DNA of 64,000 bases, taken from assembly GCA_963737635.1 (NCBI GenBank), contig CAVTTL010000001.1, positions 1,504,001-1,568,000 of the forward strand, given 5' to 3'. This document shows, in pieces, positions 31,901-41,767 of the stretch. Positions within the stretch are counted from its first letter, which is position 1, and each line of letters starts with the position of its first letter. The position numbers and the translations under genes are program-made. The DNA comes from an uncultured Methanoregulaceae archaeon. Lineage in GTDB: Archaea > Halobacteriota > Methanomicrobia > Methanomicrobiales > Methanospirillaceae. The notes beneath the pieces are model-generated. The model did no database searches and was not told the DNA's origin. It saw nothing but the letters and a program-made list of their open reading frames with translations.

Positions 31901-31997
31901 TTTTAGTATCGACTGAGAATTCTCCCCTTAACTCTAGATACAACTTTGTAATCTCAAGAAGGTTTGCTTCATCATCGACATAAAGAACTGATAACAT
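28995..31997 (-). CDS. Hybrid sensor kinase REC-multiPAS-HisKA-HATPase, paralog 1 (frameshifts near 30736, 30703 and 29173)
   Basis: MLSVLYVDDE receiver, several PAS/PAC domains, H-box SITRHDILN, N-box FFNLLDNSIRHG. The G2 box KNTGLGL and stop TGA at 28995 lie in the shifted frame. Confidence 0.88.
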
Positions 31998-32036
31998 GCC
32001 CCATTCCTTATTCTTGCTGCGCCTATAGATTATAGG

Positions 32037-32060
32037 GATCAACTATGTAATAAATCAATT
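32037..32060 (-). promoter_or_regulatory. Conserved upstream/promoter element of kinase paralog 1
   Basis: GATCAACTATGTAATAAATCAATT, 22/24 identical to 34982-35005. Contains TTTATTA on the minus strand. Confidence 0.6.
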
Positions 32061-32281
32061 TATTTCGGTGAAATCCAATAGATAATATAATAAATATATA
32101 TGCAGATACCGTATGGTTCTGCTGGCAAAATTCTTCGCAGATATCATAGACTTCATTGAGAAAGAGACGGGAAAAGAGCCCCAAATAAGTATCGTAACAA
32201 ATAAATCAACAACAAAAATTGTCGCAAACCCCGAGAATTGTGTACCTTTTCCATTCTGCTCCTCCGACCGGAATCCATCGT

Positions 32282-34943
32282 TTATTGCTGCATTTTCGCG
32301 TACCGGTATGCCACCGTGGGGACCATAATCTCGAAGCGGGCACCGTTGCCCGGCTCACCGGTTTCCCGCATGGTCATACCCGAAATGGTGAGAATCTCCC
32401 GGCAAAGGAATAATCCAAGCCCGGTATTTTTCCCATATCCTTTCTCAAAAATTTTATCTTTCTCTTCATCCGGGATGCCAATGCCGTTATCCTCCCATAC
32501 AACACTCAAACCTTCATCTGATTGACGGGACGAGACCCCAATCTCTGTTACCTTCTGACCGTGCCGGATGGAATTATCCAGGAAATTGAAGAACACCTTT
32601 TCAAGCATCGGGTCTGCGTAAAGTTCAACTCCCCGGAGATCCACGGTGAGCGTAACAGAGTCCGGGACGTGTAAATGGCTGACGAGTTTGTCTATATCCT
32701 GCCATTTTGGTTCGGAGATCCCCAGATTCTGGTAGTTCTGGGTATCCGTGATCAGGTGTTGAATTGCGGTAGTGAGATCTTCGAGTTTGCTCAGATAGTA
32801 GGTCAACGCAGGATTCGGGAATTTAATGCGTAGGATATCGATGTAACCGAGTACGGCAGAGACATTGTTGAGGATATCGTGACGGGTGATGTTGGTCATC
32901 AGGTTGAGTTGGCGATTTGCCTGAAGCAACGCAGCCACCGCCTGTTTACTTTCTGTGATATCTGAGAAGACTGCGGCAACCTGGTTTTTCTTGGGGGAAT
33001 ATACCGAGATCCGGAAATATTTCTGAAGCGAGGGGAAATGAGTTTCGAAGATTTCCGGTTTACCGGTGTCTGCGACCCGTGCATATACGTCGAGATTTTG
33101 GGACTCTGTTGTGTTGTACACTTCCCGGCTGGTCTTTCCAATCACTAATGCACGGCTGATACTGAGCTGGCGTTCGAACGAATCATTAATCTCGAGGATC
33201 CGATAATCTGATGCCTTTTTGTCATCGTCAAAGATAATCTCGTACAGGGCTATTCCCTCTTCCATATTTTCGAAGAGAGGGAGGAGTTTTTCCTCACTTT
33301 CTTTGAGGGCTTTTTCAATCCGCCTACTTTCTGTAATATCCCGGATAGATAAGAGATCCGCGATTTTTCCCTCATACGCAATGACCGTTCCGGTGCTTTC
33401 TATTTGGATTCTTTTTCCTCGTGCTGATATGAGCGAATAGTGTGCGGGGCAGGTGCCGGATTCCTGGGATGCCTGTGTAAATTCTCTTGCCAGATCTTCC
33501 TGTGATTCCAAGGCGATAAATTCCATAACATTCTTGCCAAGCAATGAGAATCTATCCCCTGCCTCAATTATCCGGACCGCCGCATTGTTTGCAAATAAAA
33601 TCGTTCCCTCGTAATCGACTATAAGGATGGATTCGTGTAAATGGTCTGCAAGAGACCTGAATTTCTCCTCACTGTCCAGAAGCATTTTTTCGGCCGTTTT
33701 TCTCTTGGTAATATCGAGTAAAACACCTGAGTATACCAGTTCATCTCCATGCACTACCGGGCTCGCCATGCCACAGAACCAGATGGTCTCCCCATAGGGT
33801 TTAACGAACCGGCCCTCAAAATGCCAGGATGCAGTCTTTCTTCTGGCTATCATTGACCGACTCGATGAACCGATCCCGGTCATCCGGGTGAACGCGTCCA
33901 GTAAACCACCGGAAGAAATCCTTATCCGTGTGATCGAATCCAAAAATGGTTTCGCTAACGTGTTCATTGATAAAATAGACGACCCTCTTCCCATTGGAAC
34001 GGACATAGTACTGGTAGACAACCCCGGGAAGCAAGGCAGTTATTTCTTCAATCTTCTGCTGCCCACAGTCTATTAGGTCTTCCGGTGCCGGGGAATTTAC
34101 CCTCTGTATACTGGAGTCGCTCTCCCGGATTGCGATCTCCGTGGTTTTCTGCAAGGTGATGTCGCGAATCGATTCAATCGCACCGACAATATTTCTTTTA
34201 TTGTCCCGGAGAGGGATGGCCATGCAGGAGAGTGTGCGGGGAAGACTCTGTGGCCGTGCTACTTGTAACTCGGCTATAATGACGTCGTCCGCCATTCTCA
34301 CGAGGTGGGGATAGCGTTGTTCACTCGTTGCGTCTGAATTGAAAACCAAGTCGATAAGGGCAGGATAATGTTCCCCGTGGAGTACCCGGGCATATTCATG
34401 GTGATTTTTACCGAGCATATCGATGGCTGCAACACCGGTCATCTCTTCGATCGCCTTGTTCCATGCGATTATGATCCCCTGTTTATCGATGGCAAAAGTG
34501 GCATCCGGCAGGAAGTTGATAATTTCATAGATCTGGGGATCGAGATTTATCCGGATATCTTTTTTGTATTTTCGCTGCACGGCCAGTTTGATTTTATTTT
34601 CAAGCTTGGCAAATTGTGATCGTGCATCTTCGCCTTTCTGAATATAGAAATCCACATCGTTTTCAATTGCCTGGACCGCCACTTCTTCTCGTCCTTTACC
34701 GGTGAACAGAATAAAGGGCAGATCGCTAAACTTCGACCGGATATTCTTAAGGAATTCGATGCCATCCATTCCCGGCATTTGGAAATCCGATATTACGGCA
34801 TCGTATGCCTGATTCTTCAGGATATCGAGGCCATCCTGTGCCGATATTTTAGTATCGACTGAGAATTCTCCATTGAACTCTAAAAATAATTTTGTAAGCT
34901 CAAGAAGATTTGATTCGTCGTCGACATAAAGAACTGATAACAT
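32282..34943 (-). CDS. Hybrid sensor kinase REC-multiPAS-HisKA-HATPase, paralog 2 (frameshift near 33838)
   Basis: Same architecture as paralog 1 minus one PAS module. Motifs NITRHDILN, FFNFLDNSIRHG, EDNGIG and KNTGLGL. Confidence 0.9.
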
Positions 34944-34981
34944 GTCACTTTCCCTGTCGGTATTGTGTTGCAATATCATAC

Positions 34982-35005
34982 GATCAAATATTTAATAAAT
35001 CAATT
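34982..35005 (-). promoter_or_regulatory. Conserved upstream/promoter element of kinase paralog 2
   Basis: GATCAAATATTTAATAAATCAATT, at almost the same distance from the MLSVLY start as in paralog 1. Confidence 0.6.
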
Positions 35006-35332
35006 GATCCTGTTCTGGAATCAATATCAATTGTATAATATATAGTAAACTATAGTCCCCCGAAAAGCAGAACTGCATTGAATCGATTCTTTTTAAAAAT
35101 TACCTATGAGATGAATCTGTTTTATTGTTTTAGTTGTGCTCAATCTCTTTGACCTGAGATGAACATTCAGGAGAGGCTAAAACGATAAAATTTTCAAGGC
35201 AGTGAATTGCTCATCTCTCTCAAAAAAGAAATCAAATATCTTGTATCGTAGACTCATCGCCGATCGAATCTATATTGATTTTCCAGAATCAATATATCTT
35301 ATGATTTGAAGGTTATAGTTGATGACATCGCT

Positions 35333-35734
35333 TTAATCCACGATTTGTTCTCCCATCTTCCGTTTCTGGACAGTCTGGCGGATCTGATGTGCCAACTTAG
35401 TGAACTGCATCTTTGCATCCCCTCCTTTCTGGAAGTAAAGGTCTACGCCGGCATTAAGTGCCTCAGTCCCGATCTCTTCCCGCCCCTTCACGGTAAACAT
35501 AATGAACGGAACGGTATCTCCAGAGGCCCGAATTTTTTTCAGGAATTCAATCCCGTCCATCCCGGGCATCTGATAGTCTGAGATGATCGCATCGTACTGG
35601 GTCTTTCTCAGTATGCCGATGGCTTTCTGTGCCGAATCCACGGTTTCGACGCTGAAATCACCTGATCGCTCTAAATAGATCTTAGTGATATCCAGAAATG
35701 CAGGTTCATCATCAACGTACAGGGCTCTAATCAG
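35333..35734 (-). CDS. Stand-alone receiver domain protein (starts at CTG; possibly a pseudogene)
   Basis: The frame extends upstream of the track ORF: (L)IRALYVDDEPAFLDITKIYLERSGDF...IISDYQMP. An in-frame TGA lies three codons above the CTG. Confidence 0.78.
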   Translation of the reverse strand: MIRALYVDDEPAFLDITKIYLERSGDFSVETVDSAQKAIGILRKTQYDAIISDYQMPGMDGIEFLKKIRASGDTVPFIMFTVKGREEIGTEALNAGVDLYFQKGGDAKMQFTKLAHQIRQTVQKRKMGEQIVD

Positions 35735-36243
35735 AATAGCTCACGTCCGAATCCTCCGGTACCCCTACTTTCCGCTGTAGTCACCGGACCTTGCCTATGA
35801 ACAATATTCACAATTTTTGCTGCCTAAACCAGCTCATCTGGATTTTCTATTGTTGATCTTAATGATCCCGTTTCCAATTCAAGTTGATCCGATAAGTACA
35901 ATCTTACTTCTATGTTGTTATAAAGACTTTTACTTTACTAAAACCATGTGAACCTTATTTTTTGTGATGAAGTCGAGCGGATTAATTTCTGCAAAGGCGT
36001 CCATTCATCCCAGATCCTCTTCATTTGCCCCTCTGATAGCGTCGTTTGCTTTTGGATTGCCCCATTGGTACGTGCGGAAGGTATCTTCATGAGCCGGGCT
36101 GCTGATGTCTGGTGGGACCTGCGGGTGCGAGCACCGGCCTGTAGTAGCATCGCGACGATCCGGCCGGCTTTCCCGGTTTCTTTTATGGCCAATCTGAAAA
36201 AAAGAATCTATAGGGGGCGACCGGTTATTTTCTGACTAGATCA

Positions 36244-38247
36244 TTACTTCGCTGCAGAAAAGAGCGGGATGATCTTTCCCGCCATCTCATCTGTTATAAA
36301 AAATACTAGCGTATCTCCCACTTTCAGTTGCAGGGCTGGGTCAGGTTGGGAAAAACGCATTGAGCCCCGGCGGAACCCGAATTCCCTGATGCCAAACCGG
36401 TCTTTCAGGCCCATTTCGGCGATAGTCTTTCCCTCTGCCACCGACCCGGCTTCCACCTGTACTGTATGAATATGCGTCGCTCTAAAAAGAGTCTCGAAAT
36501 TCTGGATCTTTCGGTGCTCGTTTGGGTCAGTGCACCGGGTAAAGAGGGCAGCGCCTAGGCGTTTTGCCCGTTTAATGATCCTCGCGACTTCTTCGTCCGG
36601 GATCTTGTACCGTTTCAGGGCGCGGGTAAATATTTCAAGAGCAGATTCAAATTCCTCAGAAATGACCTCATCTGCACCGAGATCGAGGAGATTCTGGGCA
36701 TTCCTGACGTGCCTCGTTCGTGCAAGGATATGCACACCGGGCGAGAGTTGCCGTGCTGCATGGATGATGCGGGGGATTGCCTCTTCCTCTGAGACTGCTA
36801 TTACGAGCGTCCGTGCCTGCTGGATCTCGGCATGTTTGAGTATCTCCACCTGTACGGCATCTCCAAAGATGAAGTTAGGCCGGTACTGGGATCGCTCCTG
36901 TCGGATGATCTCGGGATTGAGTTCGATGACCATATAGGGTATGCCGGCAAGGGTTGCCGCCCGGGCCACGCTTTTCCCGGTAATCCCATATCCTGCGATT
37001 ACGATATGGTTCGTGAGCCCCGTCTCTGGTACAATCTCATCCGGACCACGTGATCTTTCCCGACTTATCCTCGTCGGGAAGAGCCGGTAAAGCAGATCGA
37101 CAACTGCCGGTGATGAGCGCATGGCGAATGGTGCAAATGCCATCGTCACAATAGCCCCGGCAAGGAAAATCTGGTAGGATGAAACCTCTATGATCCCGGC
37201 ATCGAGGCCACTTTTTGCGAGCACGAAAGAAAATTCTCCGATCTGGGCAAGCGCAAGGCCGCAGAAGACTGCAATCCGTGCCGGCATCCCAAGCACAGCC
37301 GCGGAGAAGGCACCGGTCACGATTTTTACACAGAAGATTAACAGAATAATCAGCGCAACATAGCCAAAGTTATTGAGAACTGTCCCCGTGTCTAAGAGCA
37401 TCCCTATCGAGAGGAAGAAAATAGCCGCAAAGACATCCCGGAATGGGATGATATGACCTAATGCATCGATATTGTAATCCGACTCCCCGATGATCAGACC
37501 AGCGATAAATGCTCCTAGCGTGAACGAGAGTCCGGCTTCGCTGGTCAGCCAAGCAATAATGATGCAGATACCAGCAATGGTAAATAGGAAGAGTTCGCGG
37601 CTCCGTTCTTTCGCCACTCTGAAGAGTAAACGCGGGATGACCCAGTACCCAAGGACAATGATTACGAGAATGATCAGGGCAATTTTTATTACCTGATAAG
37701 GAAGGTTAACAAGGTCAAACCCTCCTTGGTTCCCGGCGAGGATCGGTAATACAAGAATCATCGGAATGATTGCGAGATCTTGGAAGATGAGGATTCCCAG
37801 AAGCGTCCTACCTTGGATTGTGTCTACCTCACCCTTTTCCTGAAGGATCTTCATCACGATGGCCGTACTCGAAAGCGAGACGATAAAGCCGAAGATCAGT
37901 GCCTCATTAAACGGCATCTGGAATGCAAGGGCAATCAGAGTAATTGCGACAACCGTCGTGGTGATCTGGACAAGACCCCCGATTATGACTGCACGCCACG
38001 AACGAAGAAATGACTGGAACGAGAATTCCAGACCGATAGTGAAGAGCAGCAGGACGATGCCAATCTCACCGATCGTGTTGATGAGGGACTGGTCCGTGAT
38101 GAGCCCAAACCCGAATGGCCCGGTGAGCATCCCGATCACAAGGAAACTCACGATACTGGGCAGACCGAACCGGTGGCCGAAGTAAAGCAGGATAATAGAA
38201 AGTATGATTACACTTACGGCAGCAAGCATAGGGTCCATAGATAACAC
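36244..38247 (-). CDS. CPA2/Kef-type K+/H+ antiporter with RCK (TrkA-N and TrkA-C) domains
   Basis: Motifs LLFTIGLE, SLSSTAIV, ILIFQD, LGAFIAG, QIGEFSF and IAGYGITG. Confidence 0.94.
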   Translation of the reverse strand: MLSMDPMLAAVSVIILSIILLYFGHRFGLPSIVSFLVIGMLTGPFGFGLITDQSLINTIGEIGIVLLLFTIGLEFSFQSFLRSWRAVIIGGLVQITTTVVAITLIALAFQMPFNEALIFGFIVSLSSTAIVMKILQEKGEVDTIQGRTLLGILIFQDLAIIPMILVLPILAGNQGGFDLVNLPYQVIKIALIILVIIVLGYWVIPRLLFRVAKERSRELFLFTIAGICIIIAWLTSEAGLSFTLGAFIAGLIIGESDYNIDALGHIIPFRDVFAAIFFLSIGMLLDTGTVLNNFGYVALIILLIFCVKIVTGAFSAAVLGMPARIAVFCGLALAQIGEFSFVLAKSGLDAGIIEVSSYQIFLAGAIVTMAFAPFAMRSSPAVVDLLYRLFPTRISRERSRGPDEIVPETGLTNHIVIAGYGITGKSVARAATLAGIPYMVIELNPEIIRQERSQYRPNFIFGDAVQVEILKHAEIQQARTLVIAVSEEEAIPRIIHAARQLSPGVHILARTRHVRNAQNLLDLGADEVISEEFESALEIFTRALKRYKIPDEEVARIIKRAKRLGAALFTRCTDPNEHRKIQNFETLFRATHIHTVQVEAGSVAEGKTIAEMGLKDRFGIREFGFRRGSMRFSQPDPALQLKVGDTLVFFITDEMAGKIIPLFSAAK

Positions 38248-38337
38248 CAGGGGCTAGGTGAAACGAGGTATATAGGTCTCCATCGTAAGAACAATTATAG
38301 GTTCCGAAGAGTCTAAAAACTGCAAAAAATAGCTTCA

Positions 38338-38411
38338 TGCCCCAGCCCGGATTTGAACCGGGGACAACCAGATCTTCAGTCTGGCGCTCTCCCAGTCTGA
38401 GCTACTAGGGC
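38338..38411 (-). tRNA. tRNA-Phe(GAA)
   Basis: GCCCTAGTAGCTCAGACTGGGAGAGCGCCAGACTGAAGATCTGGTTGTCCCCGGTTCAAATCCGGGCTGGGGCA folds as a cloverleaf. TTTATTAA TATA-like box upstream. Confidence 0.98.
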
Positions 38412-38511
38412 AGGAGTACAATTGTTGGCACTGGTGATTAATAAATGATACGCACGGGAAGGAATGTCTATGAGGTCTCCTATTTATGTCCCGCCATGCC
38501 AGTATTAACCA

Positions 38512-39478
38512 ATGCCCCCAACACCTGCGTGCGATGATGGTGCCGGCCTCGCCCATGCCCTTGCCTCACGCACCGCCCATGTCGTTCACCTGACTCATAA
38601 CGATTTTGATGCGGTCGGAGCAGATGCGATCCACAGGATGAAGTTTGGAAAAGACGGCGTATTCACGGTCTGGAGTTCGGTTGGGAAATTTTCGAGCCTT
38701 TTCTCCCTGATTGCGTCCTGCCCCGGGAAAGGAGACCTGCTTTCTGTATCGGACCTGAGCTGCCAGCGGGACATGGAGTCCGTGACTGCAAGGGCGCGGT
38801 TGAACGGCTGGGTGATTGAATGGCGGGATCATCATCGCTGGCGGGAGGAGGAAATTGCGGGGATCAGAAGAGAGGTTTCTCTCCTCCATGTTGACACCGG
38901 GGTCTGTGCGACCGGGATAGTTGCACGTGATCTTTTACCGGGGAACCCGGTAGCAGGCTGAGGTTGCCCGGGTGGTCTGCGATTACGATCTCTGGAAGCA
39001 TGCCGATCCCCGGTCTGCAGTCTTGGGTCAAGTGCTCCAGAGAAAGAAAAACCGGGAGCATGTTCGCGACTGCCTCGTTGCAGGGATCTTCTCAGACTCA
39101 TTTATAGAAGCCGAGTACGCGGAGATCAAAGCCGATATGGGTGCCATAATGGAGCGGAGTCTGTCTCACGCAACCTTCCGGGAAAAAAAGTACCGGATTG
39201 TCTTTGCCCCGCTCTACGGGTACCCAAGCGAGACTGCGCATTTTATCAGGCATGCAAAGGATACCGAGATCGAAGTGATCATCGCAAAAGACGGGAAGTT
39301 TTCGATCCGGTCGGTGCCGCCAATCAGTCACCTGATTGCCCGGGAGTTTGGCGGCGGTGGGCACCCGAACGCTGCGGGAGGAAGTTTCTCCTTTACGGTC
39401 GTCGAGCGTTTCACTTGGTGGCTGTTTAAGAAGAGCCGTCATTTTGACGAGCTGGTGAAGATCGCCGAATCGTTATGA
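38512..39478 (+). CDS. DHH/DHHA1 phosphoesterase (NrnB-like; frameshift near 38956)
   Basis: Motifs THNDFD, SDL, DHH, DYDLW and GGGGHPNAAG. Confidence 0.88.
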
Positions 39479-39650
39479 ACTCGCCACTATCTGTCTGGAA
39501 AATTACCTGGCAATAATAAATCATTTTACGATTCTTCTGGCAACTGCCTGACCGGGTGGTATCGTCGTTATGGGGTAACCGTCTTCCTTTGATACCGCGA
39601 GAAGGCAACAAACCTTTATATCTAAAATTGTAATGAATACCTGACATACT

Positions 39651-40148
39651 ATGAAGCTCAGCTATCTTCTCTTAGGATGCATCCTTATTGTCTTGTTAGC
39701 GGTCATCCCGGCACAGGCTTTCACCGCAAAGACGCTCACCATAACCCTGAATGGGAATGGGGATGCACAGGCCGATATGCAGTACGACCTCTCGTTTATG
39801 GAACAGGCAGCTATCTATCTCCACGCCGCAAATCCCTCTACCGTGCTTCAGAACGCCTTGCAGGAAAATCTCAATCGGCCGGTCACGGTGGTCAGTGCGG
39901 ACATGTCGTCAGCGAATGTGATTATCTCATCCTTTGGCACTGTTACGCAGTCCGGTAATGCAACCACGGTAACTACCCCGGCTTTCTCATTTGCAGACGC
40001 CCAGCAAGCGATACAGAATGAATGGTATGCACCGTTTATTTCTGCAAATTTTGCTCCCCAGACAACCACGATTGTGTTTCCGGATGGGTACCAGACGAGC
40101 TTCAATAGCCAGATCAGCATCCCCTCCGTATCCCATACCATTTCATAA
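39651..40148 (+). CDS. Secreted hypothetical protein
   Basis: Signal peptide ending PAQA, followed by a polar beta-rich domain. Confidence 0.82.
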   Translation: MKLSYLLLGCILIVLLAVIPAQAFTAKTLTITLNGNGDAQADMQYDLSFMEQAAIYLHAANPSTVLQNALQENLNRPVTVVSADMSSANVIISSFGTVTQSGNATTVTTPAFSFADAQQAIQNEWYAPFISANFAPQTTTIVFPDGYQTSFNSQISIPSVSHTIS

Positions 40149-40289
40149 ATCCACTTCATGAGATGCCCGATCCGGGCAAAATCTTTTTTTAGCACTCCTC
40201 ATTACGGATTATACCCTTCACAACCGTCGAAACGATCGCATATGAAAAAATTTATCTTCCGGCACGAGGGAACGGAATCATGGTAGTAT

Positions 40290-40856
40290 ATGACCCTGAA
40301 TGAAATTCCGGTTGAAAATATCACCGGTATCAAGTGGGGATCTCTTGCCCTTCTGGGGATCCTCTCGGTGATATTTGGGCTCCTTATTGTTCTTTTCCCA
40401 AAAATCTCCGCCGCTGTGTTGGTCGAACTCATCGGGATCCTGATCCTTCTTCTCTCATTTGCCGCAGTTATGCTGTCGGCGTTATCTCCCGGTGGTTGGA
40501 AAAACTCAGTACTCCTCGCAGTGCTTGGAATTATTGGGTTTTTCTTTGGCATCGCTACGATCATCCATCCCCTCATCATGGGGCTGGTAATCTTTTTGAT
40601 TGCCGGTATCGCCCTTTTCCTCGGTGGTCTTATCGGTCTTGTGTTCGCGTTTGGTGAACCACATGAGATGCATCGCGGGCTCTTTTTCCTGCAGGGCATT
40701 CTCGCAATCATTATCGGCCTTCTTATCTGTGTTTTTCCAGCCCTCGGTATAGCCCTGATGGTTCTCTGGATCGGCATAATCCTGATCGTTTACGGTTTGA
40801 TCAGCATTGCCTTAGGGTATTGTATCCGTTCCCGTCTTGTAATCCGGCCACGATAA
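40290..40856 (+). CDS. HdeD/DUF308 family membrane protein
   Basis: Repeated GILS(A)IIxGLLIxxFP units across six TMs. Confidence 0.9.
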   Translation: MTLNEIPVENITGIKWGSLALLGILSVIFGLLIVLFPKISAAVLVELIGILILLLSFAAVMLSALSPGGWKNSVLLAVLGIIGFFFGIATIIHPLIMGLVIFLIAGIALFLGGLIGLVFAFGEPHEMHRGLFFLQGILAIIIGLLICVFPALGIALMVLWIGIILIVYGLISIALGYCIRSRLVIRPR

Positions 40857-41026
40857 ATCCATTTTTGCCGGTGAGGTTTACTTTTCGTCGTGAAAAACGG
40901 GTTTGAATGTATTTTCCGGCGGTTCTGCCTAACACCGGTTGAAGCCCCTTCCCGTTTGTTAGACGGGTTGGCAGGCCCGGGTAAAAAGAGAATGTTAAGA
41001 AACGACCGAGAATGATGCAGGCAGGT

Positions 41027-41290
41027 CTAGTCCAGCGGAATGGTCTCGAGTTGGGATACGAGCTCCCAGATCCGTGTCCGTGCATGAATGGGCATATTAG
41101 GATCGTTTGAGATTTCATCGATTTTTGAGATTGCTTCTGCAACGCGCAGCCCCATCGCCTTAGTGGTATTGGAGAGCAGCGCCCGGGTTTCATCGGCAAC
41201 GCGCCGGATGTTCCGAGGTATTGTGCTGTCTTCCTGGATGTGCTGCAACATCAGGATACAGTTTTCCATCGTTTTTTCGGGGTTTGGCAT
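41027..41290 (-). CDS. UPF0147 family archaeal protein
   Basis: Motifs DSTIPRNIRR and DEISNDPNMPIHARTRIWELVSQLE. Confidence 0.92.
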   Translation of the reverse strand: MPNPEKTMENCILMLQHIQEDSTIPRNIRRVADETRALLSNTTKAMGLRVAEAISKIDEISNDPNMPIHARTRIWELVSQLETIPLD

Positions 41291-41367
41291 GGTATCACCT
41301 ACCGCGTACCTGTAGTTAATACGTATAACTCGCATATATAGTTTGAATATTAACCTGACGGTGACGT

Positions 41368-41767
41368 ATGGCCGAAAAGAAAGATGATGAGATCATGGCG
41401 GAGTATCTCCTCAAAGGCGGGAAGATGCTTGAAAAGTCTTGCCCCACCTGCGGCTGCCCGCTTTTTGAATACAAAAAAAAGACGTTCTGCGTGGTCTGCG
41501 CCGAAAAGAAACCGGAGCCTGTAACAAAGGTGGAACCCCCGGTCGCAGTCTCTCCCGGAGAGCTCCTGCGGGTGCAGGATGAATCCCCATCCCGGGTTCA
41601 TTCCTCACCATCACCGGAGATAGAGATGTTGGTCCGCGAATTGTCTGGTACTATCCTCGTACTTTGCCAGCGCATCAAAAACGATGACGATCCTGATCAC
41701 TGTCTCATATTCATGGATGCCGCAAAAATAGGGACAGAAGCGCTCGTCAATCTGCGTCAGTCTATAA
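41368..41767 (+). CDS. UPF0148 / SSSCA1-like zinc-ribbon protein
   Basis: MAEYLLKGGKMLEKSCPTCGCPLF...FCVVC. The true stop is probably TAA 41765-41767 after removing one base; the track ORF reads through to 41838. Confidence 0.85.

Noticed and set aside
35938-36235. Short ORFs on both strands between the receiver gene and the Kef antiporter
   Set aside because: TTG/GTG starts, no recognisable motif and no way to choose a strand, so they are unsupported.
38338-38411. Integrative element at tRNA-Phe or tRNA-Trp
   Set aside because: No integrase gene and no duplicated tRNA 3' end were seen in the window.
40927-40967. Integron attC-like site GCCTAAC...GTTAGAC
   Set aside because: Only 38 nt long with no complementary L'/L'' boxes, no cassette array and no integrase. 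The CCCGT-N7-ACGGG hairpin between convergent genes explains it adequately.
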